A stretch of DNA of 64,000 nt from Macrostomum lignano (lineage: Eukaryota): contig NIVC01002475.1 of NCBI GenBank assembly GCA_002269645.1, forward strand, positions 60,826-124,825, in the 5' to 3' direction. Shown here piece after piece: positions 41,265 to 52,046 of this stretch. The position numbers and the translations under genes were made by a program. Numbering within the stretch: the stretch's first letter is position 1; the number at the start of each line of letters is the position of its first letter. The notes beneath the pieces were generated by a model, which was not told where the DNA came from, did no database searches, and worked only from the letters and a program-made list of their open reading frames with translations.

Positions 41265-44200
41265 TTAATAGAGGATTGGGTCTCCGAATCGACGTGGTGC
41301 AACTCCTCGATTCGCACGAACAGGGCGACGATTCAATTCTTGCTCGGGAGGAGCGGCTACAAGAGGCTGATGGTGTGTGACGCGCTGTGCCCAAATGGGC
41401 TCTGGTTCCAATTCAGCGTCACTGTTCTGCTCAGAGTCAAATACCGGCATCGGGGGATCAGGAGCTTCCGGGCGGGAATATCGCTCACGTGACCTGATTC
41501 CCGCCGCTGCTTGAGTCCTCCTCTGAGCAGGGACGTGGAACCTAGAGCTGGCATCGATTTTCCTTAGGTTGTTGAAATGGACTACTCTAGGCCTTCGCGC
41601 ACCATCGTGCAGGATTCTGTAATTGACATCGGAAAATTTTTTCAGGACTTTGGCCGGGCCTTTCCAATAGCGGTGGAACTTCGGGATTTCATTCGGTTTA
41701 ATGACGGGATCGTATTCTAGAACAAAATCACCTTCATTGATCTGAGTGCCACGAGCTTGGCTGTCATAAGGCTTCTTTTGCTTCCTCTGATAGGTTCTGA
41801 GATTCTCCCTCACGGCCTCGTGTGCTTGCTGAAGGTCTTCAGCCAGTCGACGAGTGAACTTGGAGAAACTCTCTGGCACCCTCTCAGTCGGATTCTCAAT
41901 GTCGATCGGGAGCTGCATCTCCCTACCAAACAGAATGTAGTGCGGAGTGTAGCCTGTGCCTCTATGCACGCTAGAACGATAGGCTAGCAAACCGGGCGCA
42001 ATGCAGTCTTCCCAATCCTTGTCCTCCTGCTCTAACTGACACGTTAACATGTGCTTTAGAGTCCTATTAAAGCTTTCTGCTTGCCCATCCGCCATCGGAT
42101 GATACGGAGTGGTTCGACACTTGCGGATGTCTAGCAGAGAACAAAGGTTCTTCATCAATGCTGACTCAAAGTTTGATCCCTGATCAGTGACTATCTCCTG
42201 TGGACAACCGAATGATGAAATCCAGTGCGTGAAGATTGCACGGGCTACTGTCTTGGCACGCTGATTGGTTAACGGGATTGCACACGGCCATTTACTGAAT
42301 GCGTCTTGGATTGTCAAAACAAATCTCGACCCATGCTTGGACTTCGGCAAAGGACCAATGATGTCGCACATGATTCTTTGGAACGGAAATGAGCTCGGGA
42401 TGGGTTGCAGTGGTGCCCTGCTTCTTGGCGATGGTTTGCACTTTGAGCACACTAGACATGTTCGGCAGAACTCTTCAACTCTACGAGACAGACCAGGCCA
42501 CCAAAAGCGTTGCTTAAACTTTCCTTGAGTCTTCTTAACTCCGAGGTGGCATCCACTGACGCCATCATGAAGAATTTTGGCGGCTTCCTCAAACAGGGAA
42601 CTCGGTAGGAGGATTCTCTTCTGTGAGCTCTCCGGCACTGTCAGGAGCAGTAGCCCATCTTCTACGACTATTCGAGTCCTATGAGCCCAGATCTCTCTCT
42701 CGACTAAACTACTGATCGGCTCATTTTGCAGCGCTTCACCTTCCAGGAGCTGCCTTATTCGTTTTAGAGCCGGGTCAATTCTCTGAGCCTCTCTGATGCA
42801 CTTGACGCTGAGAGGTGATACTAACACAGCGTTCACCTGTTCAGGTGCTTGTGGCGAACTGTTACAGGAAGGGCACGACTCTTGGGCCCAATGCTTTCGA
42901 ACTTTACGAGACAGACTGTCCGCATTCTGATGGAAAATTCCCTTCCTGTGCGAGATCTCAAAGTCGTAACGCTGCAGCGTCTCAAGCCATCTAGCACATT
43001 GCCCCTCGACGTCCTTAAGATTTGTCAACCACGAGAGAGCGCTATGGTCTGTTCGTATCTTAAATTTCCTTCCCAGCAAATAGTACTTGTACAGCTTTAC
43101 GAAGTGAACTATCGCTAGGAGTTCTAATCTGGTAGTACAGTAGTTTCTTTCACAATCTGCCAGCGACCTGGATCCGTAGGCAATGACGCGCTCTGACCCA
43201 TCGGGTTGGCATTGTGACAAAACTGCACCGATCCCAATCTTTGAGCTGGCGTCGGTGTCCAGCAAAAACGGTCCAGCTCCCTCGGAAAAGTCTGGATAGG
43301 CCATGATCTCCGCTGATGTTAGCGATTGTTTGAGTTCGGAAAACGCCTGCTGTTGTTCTGGGCCCCAAATAAGCTGCGAGTCCTTGCGCATGAGCTTGAA
43401 CAACGCGGCTGCCTTTATTGAGAAGTCATTCACGAAATTTCTGTAGTAGGAGCAGAGGCCCAAAAATGACTGCAGTTCTTTCATATTCTTGGGTGTGGGC
43501 CAGTTTCGAATTTCTTCTGTCTTCGCAGGATCTGTCGCAATACCTTCAGACGATACGACGTGCCCTAAGAACTTGGCTTCCTTGGACAGAAAATGGCATT
43601 TCTTGGCTTTCAAGCGGATCCCAGCAGTTCGTAAGCGATCGAAAACATGCTGGAGCCGCTCAAAATGCTCTTCGTAGGACTTTGAAAAAACTATTATATC
43701 GTCAAAATATACAAGACACTCTCTCCATGTCAGACCAGCCATAACAAGGTTCATCAGCTTGACGAAAGTCGCAGGGGCATTTCTTAGCCCAAAACTCACA
43801 TATCGCCAGGCGAACTGACCTCTATTTGGAACTACGAATGCCGTCTTAAGTTGATCTTTAGGATCTAGCGGGCACTGGTGATAGCCTGAAGCCAAGTCTA
43901 GGGTTGAAAAAATAGCATTTCCTGCAAGTGCTTCTAAAGTTTCATCCATTCGCGGCGGCGGAAATGGGTCAGGATTGGTTACTTCATTTAGTCGGCGATA
44001 ATCCAGGCACAGCCTGATGGATCCGTCCTTCTTCCGCACAGGTACGACCGGGCTGACCCACGGGGATTGACACTCGTAGATCCTACCGCAGTCTATTAGC
44101 CTGTCAATTTCTTTATCGATTTCTGGCCTTATGTGCGGTGGGATGCGGCGTGGTGGTTCTCTAGTTGGCCTGGCGTCCCCGGTGTCTATGGTATGCATTG

Positions 44201-45044
44201 CCTGGTCCGTTGAACCCAGCTCGCTATCGTCCTTGGCGAAGACATCTCTGTTCTGACGGATCAACTTTATGAACGACACCTGGTGGTCTTTGGACAAGTC
44301 CGGCGAGTCCCAACTGCCCAGATGCTCTACAGGATCCCAGTCTTTGTCGAGAGAAACCCGGTTAACTTGTGCTTTGGGTTCTTGATCGTGATTTGGTTGG
44401 CTGTCATGGACGGGCGAGAACCAGCCAATCTGCTTCCCTTTTGTCAGTACTACAGGTTCTCCCGACATATTGGTGATCTTGACAGGGACGGAACCGTCAG
44501 CAGAGGGTACGACAACTGACCTAGCCAGCATCACGTGGCCTTCAGTCTGGGAGCGGGTCTCTGCCATTCCTAAGAACCGAAATTCCTTCACTCCTCTCCG
44601 ACTCAGCTTAGCTCGAATGATTTGAGACCGATTTGCAGGAACTGTTTCCGATTTCGAAATGACTATCCGGCAGAGGAGGGGTCGCTCAGAAGATATACGA
44701 AAAGGAAAAGTTCCTACTGAAGTGACGATCTGAAGGTTCGCAAAATCCAACTTGGCTGCTTGGCAACGGAAAAAATCTGCACCAAGGATGCAGTGATGCA
44801 GTATGTGTGAGACGACGACAAAGGTGTGACAAAATCTATGCGAGCCAATTGAAAACTCCCCAACGCACTCACCCAGCACATTTATGACTTCGCCATTTGC
44901 AACTTGAATGCTCCTCCCTATGTAACTTGGCTCCAACACGGCTCGATTCGAATTCCTCTTCCACGCGGCTTCACTTAATAGGGAGATACTCGAGCCGGAA
45001 TCTAGCAAACATGCCATACTACTTGTTCTGCCTTCAAATATCAC
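41265..45044 (-). CDS. pol: Gypsy Pol: protease, reverse transcriptase, RNase H, integrase (probably expressed as a Gag-Pol -1 fusion)
   Basis: LLDSGS; LCLDYRRLN, DLASGYHQ, FGLRNAP, YFDDI; LDTDAS, ELLAI, TDH; HHCC, CDIIGP, TDQGSNF, YHPMADGQAESFN, WKGP; intact 1259-codon ORF. Confidence 0.98.
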   Translation of the reverse strand: MIFEGRTSSMACLLDSGSSISLLSEAAWKRNSNRAVLEPSYIGRSIQVANGEVINVLGECVGEFSIGSHRFCHTFVVVSHILHHCILGADFFRCQAAKLDFANLQIVTSVGTFPFRISSERPLLCRIVISKSETVPANRSQIIRAKLSRRGVKEFRFLGMAETRSQTEGHVMLARSVVVPSADGSVPVKITNMSGEPVVLTKGKQIGWFSPVHDSQPNHDQEPKAQVNRVSLDKDWDPVEHLGSWDSPDLSKDHQVSFIKLIRQNRDVFAKDDSELGSTDQAMHTIDTGDARPTREPPRRIPPHIRPEIDKEIDRLIDCGRIYECQSPWVSPVVPVRKKDGSIRLCLDYRRLNEVTNPDPFPPPRMDETLEALAGNAIFSTLDLASGYHQCPLDPKDQLKTAFVVPNRGQFAWRYVSFGLRNAPATFVKLMNLVMAGLTWRECLVYFDDIIVFSKSYEEHFERLQHVFDRLRTAGIRLKAKKCHFLSKEAKFLGHVVSSEGIATDPAKTEEIRNWPTPKNMKELQSFLGLCSYYRNFVNDFSIKAAALFKLMRKDSQLIWGPEQQQAFSELKQSLTSAEIMAYPDFSEGAGPFLLDTDASSKIGIGAVLSQCQPDGSERVIAYGSRSLADCERNYCTTRLELLAIVHFVKLYKYYLLGRKFKIRTDHSALSWLTNLKDVEGQCARWLETLQRYDFEISHRKGIFHQNADSLSRKVRKHWAQESCPSCNSSPQAPEQVNAVLVSPLSVKCIREAQRIDPALKRIRQLLEGEALQNEPISSLVEREIWAHRTRIVVEDGLLLLTVPESSQKRILLPSSLFEEAAKILHDGVSGCHLGVKKTQGKFKQRFWWPGLSRRVEEFCRTCLVCSKCKPSPRSRAPLQPIPSSFPFQRIMCDIIGPLPKSKHGSRFVLTIQDAFSKWPCAIPLTNQRAKTVARAIFTHWISSFGCPQEIVTDQGSNFESALMKNLCSLLDIRKCRTTPYHPMADGQAESFNRTLKHMLTCQLEQEDKDWEDCIAPGLLAYRSSVHRGTGYTPHYILFGREMQLPIDIENPTERVPESFSKFTRRLAEDLQQAHEAVRENLRTYQRKQKKPYDSQARGTQINEGDFVLEYDPVIKPNEIPKFHRYWKGPAKVLKKFSDVNYRILHDGARRPRVVHFNNLRKIDASSRFHVPAQRRTQAAAGIRSRERYSRPEAPDPPMPVFDSEQNSDAELEPEPIWAQRVTHHQPLVAAPPEQELNRRPVRANRGVAPRRFGDPILY

Positions 45045-45103
45045 ATCAACAAAACCAAGTTCTGTACCTTGTGCGGGTTGGCTCGGTGCGCTGGGTTGGG
45101 CCT

Positions 45104-46072
45104 CTACTGCTGGTTCGGGTGGGTGCCTGGGCGGCCCTGCCTCCAGGTCCCCTGACCGTTTCCCGTCTGCTGCTGGTCTCTCTGCAGTTTAAAACACCTG
45201 GCCCGTTTGTGACCGGACCGGTTGCAGTAATTGCAAACTATAAGATTTCTGCATTGCTGGGTCGTGTGGGTGGTCTCAAGGCAGCGACCACACTGGAAAG
45301 TTCTCTGAGCTGGTGCTGCAGCCTGGGCAGGTTGGGGATTAGGGTGCTTTTGATAGCGGACTCCAGTTCCCGATCCAGCCTTCAGGACTTGCAGCTCCGC
45401 TCTCAGTTCTTTCAGCTCTTCGCGGAGTCTGACTGCCTCATCTTGCGTGTTACTTGCGGATACGTTCGCTGAGGGCCAAGGTTTCTCAGTGCTCGATTGA
45501 GCTGTGCGGAGGGATGCCATACTCTGTCTTACACGCCTACAAGCTGCGTCGAGGGTACCCGGTTCCTCCAATAGCAAGTGTTCACGAATTCTATCGGCGA
45601 TTCTGGCACCTAGCAGGAACCGGTCTCTTGCTAGCTCATCTCTCTGTTCTACCGGCAGGTTTGGGTAGGCCCGGCGGACAATTTCTCGAAGAGCGTCGGC
45701 ATAATCTTCCACAGATTCATCCTTCTTCTGGTCCCGACCCCTCAGTTCGATCTTACTGTCTTGTGGGGTGTGATGCTGATTAAACCGCTGTGAAAGGCGC
45801 TCAACAAAATCGTCAAACTCTAGATCATCTGGTAACTCAAGGTTGGCAATGGCTCGGTAAGCTGAGTTGAAGTCCATCATACTAAGTAGGTGCTGCTTCC
45901 TATCTTCCTCGGGGATTTCTGCAGCCTCACAATACGCTGTAAATTGCTGCATCCACAGAGCAAAATCCTGACTCAGCACAAACTTGGATGGTCGGGGCAC
46001 TCTTTGCCCTACGTTCAAATTATTCTGCACTCTAGCTGTAAGCGCATTGATGAGGTCGTCAACGTTGGCCAT
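45104..46072 (-). CDS. gag: Gypsy Gag with two CCHC zinc knuckles
   Basis: 322 aa; CGRCLETTHTTQQC and CNYCNRSGHKRARC; Q..DESVEDY and RDRFLLG capsid-like motifs. Confidence 0.93.
   Translation of the reverse strand: MANVDDLINALTARVQNNLNVGQRVPRPSKFVLSQDFALWMQQFTAYCEAAEIPEEDRKQHLLSMMDFNSAYRAIANLELPDDLEFDDFVERLSQRFNQHHTPQDSKIELRGRDQKKDESVEDYADALREIVRRAYPNLPVEQRDELARDRFLLGARIADRIREHLLLEEPGTLDAACRRVRQSMASLRTAQSSTEKPWPSANVSASNTQDEAVRLREELKELRAELQVLKAGSGTGVRYQKHPNPQPAQAAAPAQRTFQCGRCLETTHTTQQCRNLIVCNYCNRSGHKRARCFKLQRDQQQTGNGQGTWRQGRPGTHPNQQ
45158..45164 (-). promoter_or_regulatory. -1 ribosomal frameshift slippery site G GGA AAC
   Basis: X XXY YYZ heptamer in the gag frame; the -1 frame is open from there into pol; downstream CCTGG...CCAGG stem. 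Confidence 0.75.
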
Positions 46073-46220
46073 CGGGATTCGAAAGACAACTTCAGGAAGA
46101 AAAGACTAAGAGATTGACTGGGATAGAGAAGGAGACAGACTAACAGTGCATAGATCTAAGAGGCGCGCAAGCTGCTAACAAATAAACGTACAACCCAGGT
46201 TACAGTAAACTAAACTCCTA

Positions 46221-46239
46221 AATCCTGGTCACGGCACCA
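46221..46239 (-). other. Primer binding site complementary to the tRNA-His 3' end
   Basis: TGGTGCCGTGACCAGGATT begins 1 nt after the 5' LTR; its complement ...GTCACGGCA-CCA is the eukaryotic tRNA-His 3' end. Confidence 0.85.
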
Positions 46240-46240
46240 G

Positions 46241-46950
46241 TGTTGTGTCACTACACGTGATCGAAACAGCCCCTAAGAACGCTCTGCAGTGATCGAGCCT
46301 GGAGATGGCGTCAGCCCACTGACCGGACTGACTCCGTAACTGAGCGTGGGGTCGCGTCGAGGTAAGGTAGTCAGTCCGTCCCTGAGGTGTACAGTACCCA
46401 CTTCGCACGAGGCCCAAATGAGTAATGAATGCAGGCGCAGGTCTTACTTTGATTTCCAATCTGCTCGACGATGGGCAAGGCAGCGAATTCGTTAATTTGT
46501 AGAACTGAGATTCTTGCTGTTGAAGTTTGTAGGTTCTGAAGAGTAGTCTAGTGTCAGGCGTCAACAAGCGCGCTCGCCCTGCCCACCGCCAGCAATTCTC
46601 TATTTATTTGGACTGCCTGGCGTAAGCCCTAGGGTCTCACGCCAGACAGCATTATCAAAACCCAACTTATTGGCCAATCACCAATTGACAAGGGCTAACA
46701 AAAGGGGGAGAGAGGGGCCAGACCAGCCAATCCGGCTGGGTACGCATAAAGAAACGGGGCAGAGCATAAGAGCTGATACACAACTGGGGAGGGGGGGGGT
46801 TAGCGCAGGCAGAAATGGGGGGGTTGACACAAACAGAATGGGGGGGGGGTGGCGCAGGCACGCAGCCAGGAGGGGTGGGAGTGCAGTGCCGGGCGCACTT
46901 GACCGAGAGCCAGAGATTGCTCATCGGTGCAGGTGCACCCGGGCACAACA
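46241..46950 (-). repeat. 5' LTR (710 bp)
   Basis: By eye differs from the 3' LTR only in two homopolymer lengths. Confidence 0.97.
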
Positions 46951-47680
46951 CTAGCTGAGATTATCTTCCCTAAGTGTGAGATTCCTAGCTGAGATTATCT
47001 TTCCCAAGTGTGAGATTCCTAGCTGAGATTATCTTCCCTAAGTGTGAGATTCCTAGCTGAGATTATCTTTCCCAAGTGTGAGATTCCTAGCTGAGATTAT
47101 CTTCCCTAAGTGTGAGATTCCTAGCTGAGATTATCTTCCCTAAGTGTGAGATTCCTAGCTGAGATTATCTTTCCCAAGTGTGAGATTCCTAGCTGAGATT
47201 ATCTTCCCAAGTGTGAGATTCCTAGCTGAGATTATCTTCCCTAAGTGTGAGATTCCTAGCTGAGATTATCTTCCCTAAGTGTTAGATTCCTAGCTGAGAT
47301 TATCTTTCCTAAGTGTGAGATTCCTAGCTGAGATTATCTTCCCTAAGTGTGAGATTCCTAGCTGAGATTATCTTCCCTAAGTGTTAGATTCCTAGCTGAG
47401 ATTATCTTTCCTAAGTGTTAGATTCCTAGCTGAGATTATCTTCCCTAAGTGTGAGATTCCTAGCTGAGATTATCTTCCCTAAGTGTGAGATTCCTAGCTG
47501 AGATTATCTTCCCTAAGTGTGAGATTCCTAGCTGAGATTATCTTTCCTAAGTGTGAGATTCCTAGCTGAGATTATCTTCCCTAAGTGTTAGATTCCTAGC
47601 TGAGATTATCTTTCCTAAGTGTTAGATTCCTAGCTGAGATTATCTTCCCTAAGTGTGAGATTCCTAGCTGAGATTATCTC
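46951..47680. repeat. 34-bp satellite, right arm
   Basis: About 21 homogeneous copies. Confidence 0.96.
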
Positions 47681-48409
47681 CTTAGGCAGCATAGTAGGCA
47701 TTTGATAGGCGGTAGAGTAGACAATACAGTAGGTCAGTCATTGGCAATAAATTAGCCTCTACATTTATAGTCAGGCCTTATTGCATAACTTATATTAAAT
47801 CGATGAAAAGTATTCTACATATATCTGGACACCAATTTGTTAAGATGAATTACATCTATAAGAGAATGATTTGGTGTAGGACTAATAGACGAAGTTTTTT
47901 AACAGTTTTAATTTCTGCAACTCTCCAACACACACGCGCGCAAAACTCCCTCTGCTCCATCTGTCGATTTCTCTCTCTGTCTCTCTGTGTGTCGATTCAT
48001 TTATTTATAGTCAATTAGAAGGGCCGCCAACTCCCCTTTGGAAGGAAATTGCTGTAGTTCGTTTCCTGCAGATAGAGAGTGACAAGTGGTGCGATCGAGT
48101 CTCCATGGTGGGAGGCTGTTCCAAGTCTCTCTCTCTCTCCCTCCCTCGCTGTCTGGTCTCGATCTCTGTAAAAGTGCTCCGCTAGATCTCTTGTCGACTG
48201 CAGGGGCCAGTTTTTCCTCATGGGATTTTGGCCACGAAAATTTGACTTAGAATGTCGCCACTACAGCTCGCACACTTGATGCCAAAAAAGTTTTTTCTCG
48301 AGCTGGAAAATAAAACGGGTAGTTGGCAAGCCTCGGAAGGAACGAAAATTGGCGAGGGAACTCCCAGCAACACTCGTTGGAAAACCCATGTAGCTATAAG
48401 AGAGTTATT

Positions 48410-49465
48410 GGGAAACCCTTCACCAAACCATGGTCATTGGGAAACCCTTGACCAAACCAAGGTCATTAGGAAACCCTTGAACAAACCGAGGTCATTGGGA
48501 AACCCTTGACCAAACCAAGGTCATTGGGAAATCCTTGACCAAACCAAGGTTATTGGGAAACCCTTGACCAAACCAAGGTCATTGGGAAATCCTTGACCAA
48601 ACCAAGGTTATTGGGAAACCCTTGACCAAACCAAGGTCATTGGGAAACCCTTGACCAAACCGAGGTCATTGGGAAACCCTTGACCAAACCGAGGTCATTG
48701 GGAAACCCTTGACCAAACCAAGGTCACTGGGAAATCCTTGACCAAACCAAGGTCACTGGGAAATCCTTGACCAAACCAAGGTCACTGGGAAATCCTTGAC
48801 CAAACCAAAGTTATCAGAAAACCCTTGACCAAACCAAAGACATTGAGAAACCCTTGATCAAACCAAGGTCATTGGGAAACCCTTGACCAAACCGAGGTCA
48901 TTGGGAAACCCTTGACCAAACCGAGGTCATTGGGAAACCCTTGACCAAACCGAGGTCATTGGGAAACCCTTGACCAAACCATGGTCATTGGGAAACCCTC
49001 GATCAAACCAAGGTCATTGGGAAACTCTTGACCAAACCAAGGTCATTGGGAAAACCCTTGACCAAACCAAGGTCATTGGGAAACCCTTGACCAAACCAAG
49101 GTCATTGGGAAACCCTTGACCAAACCGAGGTCATTGGGAAACCCTTGACCAAACCGAGGTCATTGGGAAACCCTTGACCAAACCGAGGTCATTGGGAAAC
49201 CCTTGACCAAACCGAGGTCATTGGGAAACCCTTGACCAAACCAAGGTCATTGGGAAACCCTTGTTCAAATCAAGGTCATTGGGAAACCCTTGTTCAAATC
49301 AAGGTCATTGGGAAACCCTTGACCAAACCAAGGTCATTGGGAAACCCTTGTTCAAACCAAGGTCATTGGGAAACCCTTGTTCAAATCAAGGTCATTGGGA
49401 AACCCTTGACCAAACCAAGGTCATTGGGAAACCCTTGACCAAATCAAGGTCATTGGGAGACCCAT
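48410..49465. repeat. 29-bp minisatellite (ccttgaccaaaccaaggtcattgggaaac)
   Basis: About 36 copies. Confidence 0.96.
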
Positions 49466-49924
49466 AGAGTTATCAGAGGTCTCTGGCAGACCCTGGAAGC
49501 AGACAGTGCTCATCAGACGAAAACCGTATTTTCTCGAGTCAAACAGGAAATTAGTTCTCTTAAGCCAGTTAATGCATCAAATCTGGAAAGCTGATCATCT
49601 TCTGCCACAGATTCAGATAGTAAAATGAGCGATTGAGCGAATGATGAGGTACTCGATCAAATAACATGATTCTGGATACACTCCGCTGGTCTCATGCGTC
49701 TGTCTCTTGGCCTTATATCTAACCCTGTGGTTGCTAGAAAATGATTGAGCTATCATACTTAATAAGCTTTTTATGGTTTGGTGCTGTTAAATTTTACAAC
49801 AGGAAAATATTGCTGCTCTTAGCGGCAGTGATTCCATACTTTTGATCAGTAATATCAGGATGAAAGAAAGTAAGGGAATACAGATTTACACAGAGAAAAG
49901 ATGGAAGGAAAAGGAATGTAGATG

Positions 49925-50450
49925 AGAGAGTGAAGAAGACGATGAGACGAACGAGAGGGAGGGGAGAGAGGGTGAGAAGAATGGGAGGGAGGGGACAGAG
50001 GGTGAGAAGAATGGGAGGGAGGGGAGAGAGGGTGAGAAGAATGAGAGGGAGGGGAGAGAGGGTGAGACGAATGAGAAGGAGAGAAGAGAGGGTGAGAAGA
50101 ATGAGAGGGAGGGGAGAGAGGGTGAGACGAATGAGAAGGAGAGAAGAGAGGGTGAGAAGAATGGGAGGGAGGGAAGAGAGGGTGAGAAGAATGAGAGGGA
50201 GGGGAGAGAGGGTAAGAAGAATGGGAGGGAGGGGAGAGAGGGTGAGAAGAATGGGAGGGAGGGGAGAGAGGGTGAGAAGAATGGGAGGGAGGGGAGAGAG
50301 GGTGAGAAGAATGGGAGGGAGGGGAGAGAGGGTGAGAAGAATGGGAGGGAGGGGAGAGAGGGTGAGAAGAATGGGAGGGAGGGGAGAGAGGGTGAGAAGA
50401 ATGGGAGGGAGGGGAGAGAGGGTGAGAAGAATGAGAGGGAGGGAAGAGAA
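49925..50450. repeat. 30-bp purine-rich minisatellite (atgggagggaggggagagagggtgagaaga)
   Basis: Direct inspection. Confidence 0.95.
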
Positions 50451-50919
50451 GCCTGACGAAATACAGAGTGGCACAGCTACCCAGTGCTCAGAGGACTAAG
50501 TAATAAAAACTTGGTACGCTTGAGCAGTGGGAAATGCCATAGTCGCGCGAACAAATAGAATTCCAAGACAACCCTAACCCTAAGGGAAAAAACATGCTTG
50601 GAAGAAAGAAGTTGAACAAAAAATGGATGCTTTGGTTCTTTTCTGTTGTCCGAGATCTCCAATCGAGATTTCCCAAGAGTACCCAACCCCGGCTTTGACT
50701 TCTTACTCTGCTCTGCGGATCACTCTGAGAAATCTTTGCTTGATCATGAATGATGGCTTATGCTGAACTAATTTTTATCTACAGAATCTCTTTGATGTTG
50801 GCGACATTCTTTTGCTAGTTACAGCATCTTGATGATGCTAACCAATCGATCAATAATTATTTACGGAGTAGAGATAAACACACCATGGCTAAGAATAAAA
50901 TAATAAAATCATAAAATCA

Positions 50920-51800
50920 TATGTAAACACATCAAGCATTCATATGTAAACACATCAAGCATTCTTATGTAAACACATCAAGCATTCATATGTAAACACA
51001 TCAAGCATTCATATGTAAACACATCAAGCATTCTTATGTAAACACATCAAGCATTCATACGTAAACACATCAAGCATTCTTATGTAAACACATCAAGCAT
51101 TCTTATGTAAACACATCAAGAATCCAGTCATAAACAAATTAAGCATTCATAAATCAACAATTGAAACAGCCAGTCATAAACACATCAAACATCCAGTCAT
51201 AAACACATCAAACATCCAGTCATAAACACATCAAACATCCAGTCATAAACACATCAAACATTCAGTCATAAACACATCAAACATCCAGTCATAAACACAT
51301 CAAACATCCAGTCATAAACACATCAAACATTCAGTCATAAACACACCAAGCAGCCAGTCATAAACACACCAAGCAGCCAGTCATAAACACATCAAACAGC
51401 CAGTCATAAACACATCAAACAGATCAAACAGCCAGTCATAAACACATCAAACAGATCAAACAGCCAGTCATAAACACATCAAACATCCGGTCATAAACAC
51501 ATCAAACATTCAGTCATAAACACACCAAGCAGCCAGTCATAAACACATAAAAAATCCGGTCATAAACACATCAAACAGATCAAACAGCCAGTCATAAACA
51601 CATCAAAAATCCGGTCATAAACACATCAAACAGATCAAACAGCCAGTCATAAACACATCAAGCAGCCAGTCATAAACACATCAAACATTCAGTCATAAAC
51701 ACATCAAACATTCAGTCATAAACACACCAAGCAGCCAGTCATAAACACATCAAACATTCAGTCATAAACACATCAAACATCCAGCCATAAAAACATCTAA
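50920..51800. repeat. Two related 23-bp minisatellites (atgtaaacacatcaagcattcat; ccagtcataaacacatcaaacat)
   Basis: Shared core aaacacatcaa. Confidence 0.92.
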
Positions 51801-52046
51801 AATTTAGTCATAAACAAATTAAGCAGTCATATAAAAACACATTAAACAGCCAGTCTTAAACACAATAAAAGCATTCAGTTATAAACACAAGCTGTATCTA
51901 AGTGCATAAAACAGTGGTAGCTTCTCAGTCGAAACTGTGTACATCAGGGATCAGTAAACAGTACGTATTGTCTCCAAGCCATCAGGTCTGTTTAGTCATA
52001 AAATCAATTAGCTACTTCAAAACATCCGAGACAGACCGCTATCGTG

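Larger units (their letters stand above)
39802..46950 (-). mobile_element. Full-length Ty3/Gypsy LTR retrotransposon (7149 bp) with extra TatD-like ORF
   Basis: LTRs TGTTGTG...CACAACA, CTAG TSD (39798-39801 / 46951-46954), PBS, PPT, gag, pol in PR-RT-RH-IN order. Confidence 0.98.

Noticed and set aside
48200-48390. Minus-strand FFGIKCASCSGDI (LIM-like) and, at about 49520-49620, FDALTGLREL (LRR-like) peptides
   Set aside because: Short, closed by stops, motifs incomplete; chance resemblance is likely.
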